Positions 13,266 to 23,774 of a DNA stretch of 64,000 nucleotides are shown here, in pieces. The notes under the pieces were generated by a model. That model searched no databases and was not told the DNA's origin. It saw only the letters and a list, made by a program, of their open reading frames with translations. The DNA is from Mobula hypostoma (Eukaryota), in assembly GCF_963921235.1 (NCBI RefSeq), contig NC_086101.1, positions 1,798,001-1,862,000 of the forward strand, read 5' to 3'. Each line of letters starts with the position of its first letter. Position 1 is the stretch's first letter. A program made the translations under genes and the position numbers.

Positions 13266-15175
13266 ACATAGAAAGCCTACAGCACAATACAGGCCCTTCA
13301 GCCCACAATGCTGTGCCGAACATGTACTTACTAAACTTGCCTAGAGTTACCCATAGCCCTCTATTTTTCTAAGCTCCGTGTACCTAGCCAGGAGTCTCTT
13401 AAAAGAGCCTATTGTACCCGCCTCCACCACCTTTGCTGGCAGCCCATTCCACGCACTCACCACTCTCTGCATAAAAAAACTTACCCCTGACATCTCCTCT
13501 GTACCTACTTCCAAGCACCTTAAAACTATGTGCTTTCTTGTTAGCTATTTCAGACCTGGGAAAAAGCCTCTGACTATCCACACAATCAATGCCTCTCATC
13601 ATCTTATACACCTCTGTCAGATCACCTCTCATCCTCCATCGCTCCAAGGAGAAAAGGCCAAGTTCACAACCTATTCTCATAAGGCATGCTCCCCAATCCA
13701 GGCAACATCCTTGTAAATCTCCTTTGCACTCTTTCTAAGGTTTCCACATCCTTAATGTACTGAGGTGACCAGAATTGAGCACAGTACCCCATGTGGGGTC
13801 TGACAGGGTCCTATATAGCTGTAGCATTACCTCTTGGTTCTTGAACTCAATCCCACAGTTGATGAAGGCCAATACACCGTATGCCTTCTTAACCACAGAG
13901 TCAACCTGCGCAGCAGCTTTGGGTGTCCTATGGATTTGGACCCCAAGATCCCTCTGATCCTCCACACTGCCAAGAGTCTTACCATTAATATTATATTCTG
14001 CTACCATATTTGCCCTACCAAAATGAACCACTTCACACTTATCTGGGTTGAACTCCACCTGCCACTTCTCAGCCCAATTTTGCATCCTATCGATGTCCCA
14101 CTGTAACCTCTTGACAGCCCTCCACACTATCCATAGCACCCCCAACCTTTGTGTCATCAGCAAACTTACTAACCCATCCCTCCACTTCCTCATCCAGGTC
14201 ATTTATAAAAATCACGAAGAGGAGGGGTCCCAGAACAGATCCCTGAGGCTCACCACTGGTGACCAACCTCCATGCAGAATATGACCCGTCTACAACCACT
14301 CTTTGCCTTCTGTGGGAAAGCCAGTTCTGGATCCACAAAGAAATGTCCCCTTGGATCCCATGCCTCCTTACTTTCTCAATAAGCCTTGCATAGGGTACCT
14401 TGTCAAATGCCTTGTTGAAATCCATATACACTACATCTACCGCTCTACCTTCATTAATTTGTTTAGTCACATCCTCAACAAATTTAATCAGGCTCGTAAG
14501 GCATGACCTGCCTTTGACAAAGCCATGCTGACTATTCCTAATCATATTATGCCTCTCCAAATGTTCATAACTCCTGCCTCTCAGCATCAACTTACCAACC
14601 ACTGAAATAAGACTCACTGGTCTGTAATTTCCTAGGCTACCTTTACTCCCTTTCTTGAATAAGGGAACAACATCTGCAAAACTTCAATCCTCTGGAACCT
14701 ATTCCATCTCTATTGATGATGCAAAGATCGTTGTCAGAGGGTCAGCAATCTCCTCCCTCACCTCCCACAGTAGCCTGGGGTACATCTCATCTGATCTCAG
14801 AGACTTATCCAACTTGATGCTTTCCAAAAGCTGCAGCACATCCTCTTTCTTAATGTCTATATGCTCAAGCTTTTCAATCCACTGTAAGTCATCCCTACAA
14901 TCACCAAGATCCTTTTTCGTAGTGAATACTGAAGCAAAGAATTCATTAAATACCTCTGCTATCTCCTCTGGTTCCATACACACTTTTCCACTGTCATACT
15001 TGATTGGTCCTATTCTCTCATATCTTATCCTCTTGTTCTTCAAATACTTGTAGAATGCCTTGGGGTTTTCCTAAATCCTGCCCGCCAAGGCCTTCTCATG
15101 GCCGCTTTTGGTTCTCCTAATTTCATTCTTAAGCTCCTTCCTGCTAGCCTTATAACCTTCTAGATCTCTACCATC
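13266..15175 (-). mobile_element. 5'-truncated CR1 ORF2, flanked by old plus-strand CR1 pieces (~13170-13262, ~15195-15715)
   Basis: ORFs 14087-14617 (QHGF, KAFDKV, FADD), 13399-13680 and 14699-15043. Confidence 0.88.
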
Positions 15176-15719
15176 AATGGGGATGGGAGAAGTTCCGGAG
15201 GTTCTGAAGGAGGTAGCTGAAGAGCTTGTGGAGGCATTAGACGTGATCTTCCAAGAATCGTTAGATTCTGGAATGGTTCCAGAGGACTGAAAACTTCACT
15301 CTTTAAGAAGGGAGGGAGGCAAAAGAAAGGAAAATGTAGACTAGTTCAGTGATTAGGAAGACATCAGAGACCATTATTAAGGATGAGGTTTCAGGGTACT
15401 TCGAGGCACATGACAAAATAGGCAAAAGTCAACAACATGTTCTCAAGGGGAAATCTTGCCTAACAAACCTGTGCAATTCTTTGAAGAAATAACAAGCAGG
15501 GCAGACAAAGGAGAGTCGGTGGGTGTTATTTACTTGGATTTTCAGAAGGCCTTTGACAAGCTGCAGCACATGAGGCAGCTTAACAAGATAAGATCACATG
15601 GTATTACAGGAAAGATACAAGCATGATTAAAGACTGGCTGACTGGCAGGAGGCAAAGCGTGGAATAAAGGGATCTTGTTGGCTGCTAGTGACTAGTAGTG
15701 TTCCTCAGGGGTTCCACAT

Positions 15720-16380
15720 TTGCAGACCCAGGCAGTTCAAATTGGCAGCAACACCTCCACGATCTCCATCAGCGCTGGTGCCTGCACAAGGCTGTGAACT
15801 TGTGACTACAACTGTGTGACTAAGCACTGCTCCAGTGTCGTATCCCAGTCCGCTGACAACACCAGTGTCATTGTCCAAATCAAAGGTGGTGATGAATCAG
15901 TGTACGGGGGAGACTGAAAATCTGGCTGAGTGGTGTCACAGCAACCTCTTTCTCAATGTTGGCAAGACCGAGGAGCTGATTGTCGACCTCAGGAGGAGGA
16001 AACCGGAGGTCTGTGAGCCCGTCCTCAGAGGTGGAGAGGGTCAGCAACTTTAAATTCCTGCTGTTATTGTTTCGGAGGACCTGTCATGTAAGTGCAACTA
16101 CGAAGAAAGCACAACAGCCTCTCTACTTCCGTAGGAGTTTGCACAGATTCATCGTGACAACTAAAACTTTGACCAACTTCTCTAGATGTAGGCGGAGAAT
16201 AGATATGACTGGCTATATCACAGTCATGGAAACACCAATGCCCTGGAACAGAAAATCCAATAATAAATAGTGGATATGACCCAGTCCGTCACAGGTAAAG
16301 CCCTCCCCACCATTAAGCACATCTACATGAAACTCTGTTGCAGGAAAGCAGCATCCATCATGAGGGACCCACACAACACA
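15720..16380 (+). mobile_element. Old Rex1/Babar-type LINE RT C-terminal fragment
   Basis: LAEWC...LNVGKTEELIVDLRR, VSNFKFL and KKAQQxLYF motifs. Confidence 0.75.
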
Positions 16381-16385
16381 GGATA

Positions 16386-18430
16386 TCAGAATTAGGTTTA
16401 TTATCACCAGCATGTGTCATGAAATTTGTTCATTTAGCAATACATAATATAGAAGTAGAAAAAATAATAATAAATAAGTAAAACAATTACAGTATACATA
16501 TATTGAATAGATTAAAAATTATGCAAAAAAACAGATATACTGTAGATTAAGAAAAAGTGAGGTAGTATCCAATCAATGTCCATTTAGTAATGGGATGGCA
16601 GAGGGGAAGAAGCTGTTCCTGAATCGCTGAGTGTGTGCCTTCAGGCTTCTGTATCTCCTACCTGATGGTAACAGTGAGAAAAGGGCATGTCCTGGGTGCT
16701 GGAGGTCCTTAATAATGGACGCTGCCTTTCTGAGACACCGCTCCCTAAAGATGTAGTGTCTCAGAAAGACAGCGTCCATTATTAAGGACCTCCAGCACCT
16801 AGAGCATGCCCTTTTCTCACTGTTACCATCAGGTAGGAGGTACAGAAGCCTGAAGGCACACACTCAGCGATTCAGGAACAGCTGCCCCTCTGCCATCCGA
16901 TTCCTAAATGGACAGTAAAACTTTGGACACTACCTCACTTTTTTTTAATATACAGTATTACTGTTTTGCAAATTTTTAATAATCTATTCAATATATGTAA
17001 TTGATTTACTTGTTTATTTATTATTATGTTTTATTTATTTCTTTCTCTCTCTCTGCTAGATTATTGAACTGCTGCTGCTAAGTTAACAAATTTCACGTCA
17101 CATGCCAGTGATAACAAACCTGATTCTCATTCTGAGACACCACTCCCTAAAGATATCCTGGATACTTTGTAGGCTGGTGCCCAGGATGGAGCTGACTAGA
17201 TTTACAACCCTCTGCAGCTTCTTTTGGTCCTGTGCAGTAACCCCTGCATACCAGATAGTGATGCAGCCTGTCAGAATGCTCTCCACAGTACAACTATAGA
17301 AGTTTTTGAGTGTAGTTATTGACATACCAAATCTCTTCAAACTCCTAATGAGGTATAGTCACTAGTCTTGCCTTCTTTATAACTGCATCGATATGTTGGG
17401 ACCAGGTTAGATCCTCAGAGATCTTGACACCCAGGAATTTGAAACTGCTCACTCTCTCCACTTCTGATCCCTCTGAGGATTGGTATGTGTTCCTTCGTCT
17501 TACCCTTCCTGAAGTTCTCAAACAGCTCTTTCATCTTACATTGAGTGCCAGGTTGTTGCTGCGACACAACTACACTAGTTGGCATATCTCACTCCTGTAC
17601 GCCCTCTTGTCACCACCGGAGATTCTACCAACAATGGTTGTATCATCAGCAAATTTGTAGATGGTATTTGAGCTATGCCTAGCCACTCAGTCATGTGTAT
17701 AGAGAGAGTAGAGCAGTGGGCTAAGCACACACCCCTGAGGTGCGCCAGTGTTGATTGTCAGCGAGGAGGAGATGTTATCATAAATCTGCACAGATTGTGA
17801 TTTCCGATTAGTAAATCGTGGATCCAATTACAGAAGGAGGTACAGAGGCCCAGGTTCTGCAACTTCTCAATCAGGATTGTGGGAAAGATGGCATTAAATA
17901 CTGAGCTATAGTCGATGAACAGCACCCTGACATAGGTGTTTGTGTTGTCCAGGTGGTCTAAAGCCATGTGGAGGGCAATTGAGATTACATTTGCCTTTGC
18001 CTTTGACCTATTGTGGCGATAGGCAAATTGCAATGGGTCCAGGTCCTTGCTGAGGCAGGAGATCAGTCTAGTCATGACCATCCTCTCAAAGCATTTCATC
18101 ACTGTCGATGTGAGTGCTACTGGGTGATAGTCATTAAGGCAGCTCACATTATTCTTCTTAGGCACTGTTGCCTTTTTGAAGTGAGAATTTCTGTCTGTAG
18201 CAGTGAGAGGTTGAAAATGTCCTTAAATACTCCCGCTAGTTGGTTGGCACAAGTTTTCCGAGCCTTACCGGGTACTCCATTGAGACCTTCCACCTTGCGA
18301 GGGTTCCCGCTCTTTAAAGACAGTCTAACATCAACCTCTGAGACAGAGATCACAGGGTCATCAGGTGCAGCAGGGATCTTCACAGCTGTAGTTGTGTTCT
18401 CCCTTTCAAAGCGGGCATAGAAGGCGTTCT
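16386..18430 (-). mobile_element. Rex1/Babar-type LINE with an antisense copy of its own 3' end inserted at ~16755-17134
   Basis: [67 protein letters not shown]...RFRNSFFP. Confidence 0.85.
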
Positions 18431-18509
18431 TTTCAATCCTACCACCACAAAGAAAGTATAGGAGCCTCAGGACATGTACCACCAGGTTAAAGAACAGTTA
18501 TTACCTCTC

Positions 18510-19550
18510 AACGCATCCCATCTTCCTTGGAAGAGAGCTCAATGATCCAAACATCCTATGCTCTCCCTCCTACAACAACTCCTTCACCACGTATTAAACT
18601 GTATAATCTTCCTAATTCTGGCCTCACTAGCACATGACATGGGTAGCAAACCTCAGATCACAACCCTGGAGGTCCTGCCCTTTAACTTCGCACCTAACTT
18701 CATGAACTCCCTATGCAGAACGTTGTCACTCTTCCCACCCATGTCATTGGTATTTACATGGACCACGGCCTCTGGCAGTATCCCCTCCAAAGAATGCTGA
18801 GGACTCTATCCAAAATGTTCTGGACCCCGGCACCCGGGAGGCAACATTCCATCTGGGAATTTTGTTTGACGCAGAAAACTTCCTTTCTGTTCCCCTGACC
18901 AACAAATCCCCTGTCACCACAACTTGCCTTTTCTCTGCCTTCTCTTCTGGATCATAGAGTCAGACACAGTGCCAGAGATCCAACTACTGTGACTTTCCTC
19001 TGCCAGGTCAACATCCCCCCCTCCCCATCCCTCCAAACAGGATCCAAAGTGGCATACCTGTTTTTCAGGGGGTACTCTGGACTGGCTGTTTAACCCCTGA
19101 CTGTCACCCAATGTCCTGCACCTTGGGTGTAACAACCTCTATATATCCTACCTATCACCACCTCAGCTTCCCAAATGATCCGGAGTTTATCTGGTAGCAG
19201 TTCCAACTCCTGAATGTGGATTGTTCGAAGCTGCAGCTGGATGTGTTTCTCACAGTTGTAGTTGTTAGGGACACTGGAGGTTTCCCACATCCTGCACGAG
19301 GATCATTCCACTGTCCTGCCTGGCTTCTCGACTGTTTTAGCCTAGCACAGAAGGGTGAAAAACTACATTCAGCTTTTTTTTTTTGCCTTTTGACTGAGCC
19401 TGTCTTCACTGAAGCCTCAGAATCTCCACTACCTCTGCCGTTCCAATGATAGCCCCTGCCTTACTTTAATTTAATCAATTCCAACCCCTGATTGACCAGC
19501 TGCAAAACTGCTGTGAGCTGCTACCTTTTATACTCGATCAGTGAACATGA
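18510..19550 (-). mobile_element. Decayed CR1 5'UTR/ORF1 remnant
   Basis: ORF 19090-19290 (MWETSSVPNNYNCEKHIQLQL) parallels ORF1 of the intact copy; CCGGCACCCGGGAGGCAACA matches the CCLPGA block. Confidence 0.7.
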
Positions 19551-19564
19551 ATGAATTACCCATC

Positions 19565-21715
19565 GACCCATCTGGCCCATCGAGTCTGCTCCGCGATTCA
19601 ATCATGGTCTGATCCAATTGTTCCAGTCATCCCCACTCCCCTGCTTTCACCCCGTACCCTTTGATGCCCTGGCTAATCAAGAACCTATCTATCTCTGCCT
19701 TAAATACACCCAATGACTTGGCCTCCACAGCCGCTCATGGCAATAAAATCCACAGACTTACCACCCTCTGACTAAAGTAATTTCTCCACATCTCAGTTCT
19801 AAAAGGGAAATAACCTTGCCATCTCTAATCTGTTCAGGCCTTTTAATATTCGGAATGTTTCAGTGACATCCCCTCTCACTCTCCTGAACTCCAGGGAATA
19901 CAGCCCAAGAGTGACATGACATTCCTCATACTGTAACCCTTTCATTCCTGGAATCATTCTTGTGAATCTTCTCGGAACCCTCTCCAATGTCAATATATCC
20001 TTTCTAAAATAAGGAGCCCAAAACTGAACACAATACTCTGTGTTGTCTCACAAGTGCCTTATAGAGCCTCAACATCACATCCCTGCTCTTATATTCTACA
20101 CGTCTAGAAATGAATGCCAACATTGCATTTGCTTTCTTTACCAAGACTCAACTTGGAGGTTAACCTTTAGGGCTGTCCTTTTAAGTCCCTTTGCATCTCT
20201 GCATTTTGAATTCTCTCCCCACCTAAATAATAGTCTGCCCGTTTATTTCTTCCACCAAGGTGCATGACCAGACACTTTCCAATATTGTATTTCATTTGCC
20301 ACTTCTTTGCCCATTCCTCTAAACTATCTAAGTCTCTCTGCAGACTCTCTGTTTCCTCAACACTATCTGCTCCTCCACCTATCTATGTATCATCAGCAAA
20401 CTTAGCCACAAATCCATTAACCCTATAGTACAAATCACTGACATACTTCGTAGAAAGCAGTGGTCCCAAAACCGACCCCTCTGGAACTCCACTGGTAACC
20501 GGCAGCCAGCCAGAGTAGAATCCAGTTATGCCCACTCTCTGTTTTCTGCCGACCAGCAACTGCTCCACCCACGCTAGTAACTTCCCTGTAATTCCATGGG
20601 CTCTTATCTTGCTAAGCAGCCTCATGTGTGGCACCTTGTCAAAGGCCTTCTGAAGATCCACGTAGACCACATCTACTGCCTCTTCTTTGTCTACCCTGCT
20701 TGCAATTTCCTCAAAAATTGCAGTAGATTAGTCAGGCAGGATTTTCCTTTCAGGAAACCATGCTGGCTTTGGCCTATCTTGTCATGTGCCTCCAGGTACT
20801 CCATAATCTCATCCCTAACAATCAGTCCCAACAACTTCCCAACCACTGGTGTCAGGCTAACAGGTCTATAGTTTCCTTTCTGCTGCCTCTCACCCTTCTT
20901 AAATAGCGGAGTAACATTTGCAATTTTCCAGTCATGTGGTACAATGCCAGAATCTATCGATTCTTTAAAGATCATTGTTAATGTCCCTGCAATTTCTCCA
21001 GCTACTTCCTTCAGAACCCAAGGGTGCATTCCATCAGGTCCAGGAGATTTATCCACCCTCAGACCATTAAGCTTCCTGAGCACCTTCTCAGTCGTAATTT
21101 TCACTGCACATACTTCACTTTCCTGACACTCTTCAATGTCTGGTACACTGCAGATGTCTTCCACTGTGAAGACTGATGCATTCAGTTCCCCGGCCATCTC
21201 TGCATCTCTCATTACAATATCGTCAGCATCATTTTGTATTGGTCCTACATCGACCCTCAACTCTCTTTTACCCTTTATATACTTAAAAAAAGCTTTCAGT
21301 ATCTTAGTTGATATTAGTCACCAGCTTCCTTTCATAATTCATCTTTTCCTTCCTAATGACCTTCTTAGTTTCCTTCTGCAAGTTTTTAAGAATTTCCAAA
21401 TCCTCTATCCCCTCAGTGGCTTTGGCTTCTTTGTATGCCCTCTCTTTTGCTTTTACTTTGGCTCTGACTTCACTTGTCAGCCACGGTAGTGTCCATCTTC
21501 CCTTTGAATATTTCTTCTTATGTGGAATATATCTGGCTTGCACTTCCCTCATTTTTCTCAGAAACTCCACCCTTTGCTGCTGTGCTGTCCTTCCTGCTAG
21601 TGTCCCCTTTCAGTCAACTTCGGCCAGTTCCCCTCTCATGCCATTGTAATTTCCTTTATTCCACTGAAATACCGACACATTGGGATTTAGTTTCTCCTTC
21701 TCAAATTTCAAAGTC
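19565..21715 (-). mobile_element. Degenerate CR1 ORF2
   Basis: ORFs 20691-21260 (SPGPDG, YRPVSL, QHGF), 20383-20670 (FADD) and 19799-19993. Confidence 0.88.
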
Positions 21716-22696
21716 CAAGAAGACTGGAGAATATCTTGGTGCTAGAAGAATGGAGAATATCTTGTTTAACGAGGGCAGCAGGAACACATCGGTATATTAT
21801 CGGACGATGAGGCTTACATCAGTGGTAGGGAAATCAGTGATATGATTCTTCAGGGCAGGATTTACTTATGAAAAAGCATGGACTTCTTCGGGATAGTCAG
21901 CGTGGCCTTGTGCTGTGAAAGTCATATCTTATGGATTTGATTGAGACTGGCAAAGATGATTGACAGAGTTGAGCAGTGAAAGTTGTCTGCATGGACTTTG
22001 GCAAGGTTCCTCATGGTAGGCTGGTCCAGATGACGGTTTAGTGGTGAAGGAGCGTTCCTCTGACCAGTGGTGTTCTGTTGTATGTGTTATATTTTAATAG
22101 AAATGTAGCTGGTCTCATTAGTAAGTTTGGTAAGATTTTAAAAATTGGTGGAGTTATACTGAGGAAGGTTGTCCAAGGCTACAGTAAGTTATAAAATAGG
22201 GCAGAGAAATTGCAGATGGAGTTTAATCTCAGCAAATGTGAGGATGGCAAGGTTTGGGAATCATGGATGACAACATATTATTCTACTTTCTATCTCCCTG
22301 TTCCCCTGCTACCCCTCCCCACCATTCCCACCTGACTCTTCCATTTTCTGCTGCCAATGTGCATGTACTGTACCATCCCTTTCCACTCGTTCAGCTGTCC
22401 CCATTTACCCCCACACTTCCTGTCTACCTTCCAGCTCACTCTGTCTCCCACTTCTCTTTCCATTCTTCCCCCTTTCCCTTCTCTCACCTCTGTCTTTGCA
22501 CACCTCTACTCTCTCACGTACTCTCTCCCTGGCAGTCCCCCCCCCCGCAGCTGCTCCCTGGCCGTGGCCCTCCCTCACTCCCTGCTCCGCCACGCCCGCT
22601 GCATCCCCCCCATGGCTGAACAAGTCACTGTTGTGCTGTAATCCTTTGTTAGTACGTTGGTTATTTATTGCCTTCTCATAATCCTTTCTGATGCAG

Positions 22697-22966
22697 AAGC
22701 ACTGGGAGCCCCTCTGATAGTGCAGACGCACATCGACTTCAACAGAACTCTTCGTCTTAGATGCGTTGTCAAAAGTGGAGAGGCAGACTCCATTTTATGG
22801 TATAAAGGAGGCAAACCTCTTCACGGTTATCCAGTTTCTGCAATGTCAGCTAACAACCGAACTGTGACCTTGGACAGTACACTCCTCACTAACTGCGAAG
22901 AATACACTTGTGTGATCAAAAACCGCATCAGTCAGAACCAAAACTCTCATGTGCTCCTCATCGAGG
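22697..22966 (+). CDS. Host gene internal exon A: C2/I-type Ig domain (270 nt, phase 1-1)
   Basis: Acceptor ttctcataatcctttctgatgcAG before 22697 and donor G|GTGAGT at 22967. Translation (E)ALGAPLIVQ...LRLRCVVKSG...ILWYKGGKPL...MSANNRTVTL...EEYTCVIKNRISQNQNSHVLLIE has the Ig B-strand Cys, C-strand Trp and YxC, plus two NRT sequons. Symmetric phase-1 exon, typical of Ig domains. Non-repeat sequence. Confidence 0.9.
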
Positions 22967-23251
22967 GTGAGTTCCATAATGGTCGAAGCAATGAATCTGT
23001 ATATTAGGTGGATCTTTCTGACAGTTTTAGCTGGGTGCTTTTAAAGAGACTTTGTTCCGATTGATATTCTTTAAGGTTAGGCTTACATTACTTTGTTACA
23101 TGTTACATTAACGCCAACACAAATTGTAGAGCTGGTTCCAGAGACTATTGCTCCAGTGAACAGTGCCTTGTCTATCAGACACGGAGTCTGAATTTCATGT
23201 CATTCTATCCATCCCAGGTAAAGCCATCTTACCCACTCCAGCACATGTGAG

Positions 23252-23700
23252 AATAGACAACAGGTGCAGGAGTAGGCCATTCGGCCCTTCGAGCCAGCAC
23301 CGCCATTCACTGTGATCATGGCTGATCATCCACAATCAGTATCCAGTTCCTGCCTTATCCCCATAACCTTTGATTCCACTATCTTTAAGAGCTCTATCCA
23401 TCTCTTTCTTGAAAGCATCCAGAGACTTGGCCTCCACAGCCTTCTGGGGGCAGAGCATTCCATATGTCCGCCACTCTCTGGGTGAAAAAGTTTTTCCTCA
23501 ACTCCGTTCTAAATGGCCTACCCCTAATTCTTAAACTGTGGCCTCTGGTTCTGGACTCACCCATCAGCGGGAACATGCTTCCTGCCTCCAGTGTGTCCAA
23601 TCCCTTAATAATCTTATATGTTTCAATAAGATCCCCTCTCAGCCTTCTAAATTCCAGAGTATACAAGCCCAGTCGTTCCAATCTTTCGACACATGACAGT
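23252..23700 (-). mobile_element. CR1 3' end, host of the full-length insertion; continues at 27921-28318
   Basis: ORFs 23394-23681 and 27899-28144 are nearly identical to the copy at 2581-3898. Confidence 0.88.
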
Positions 23701-23774
23701 CCATAGAACCATAGAAACTACAGCACAGAAACAGGCCTCTTGGCCCTTCTTGGCTGTGCCGAACCATTTTCTGC

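Noticed and set aside
22290..22615. Pyrimidine-rich tracts (also 28320-28845) with Pro/Ser/Leu-rich ORFs
   Set aside because: Low-complexity sequence with no convincing splice-bounded coding signal.
22657..23007. Track ORF read as a single-exon gene with a signal peptide (MVIYCLLIILS)
   Set aside because: The start is TTG and the hydrophobic N-terminus is the translated polypyrimidine tract. Splice sites delimit a phase-1 internal exon instead.
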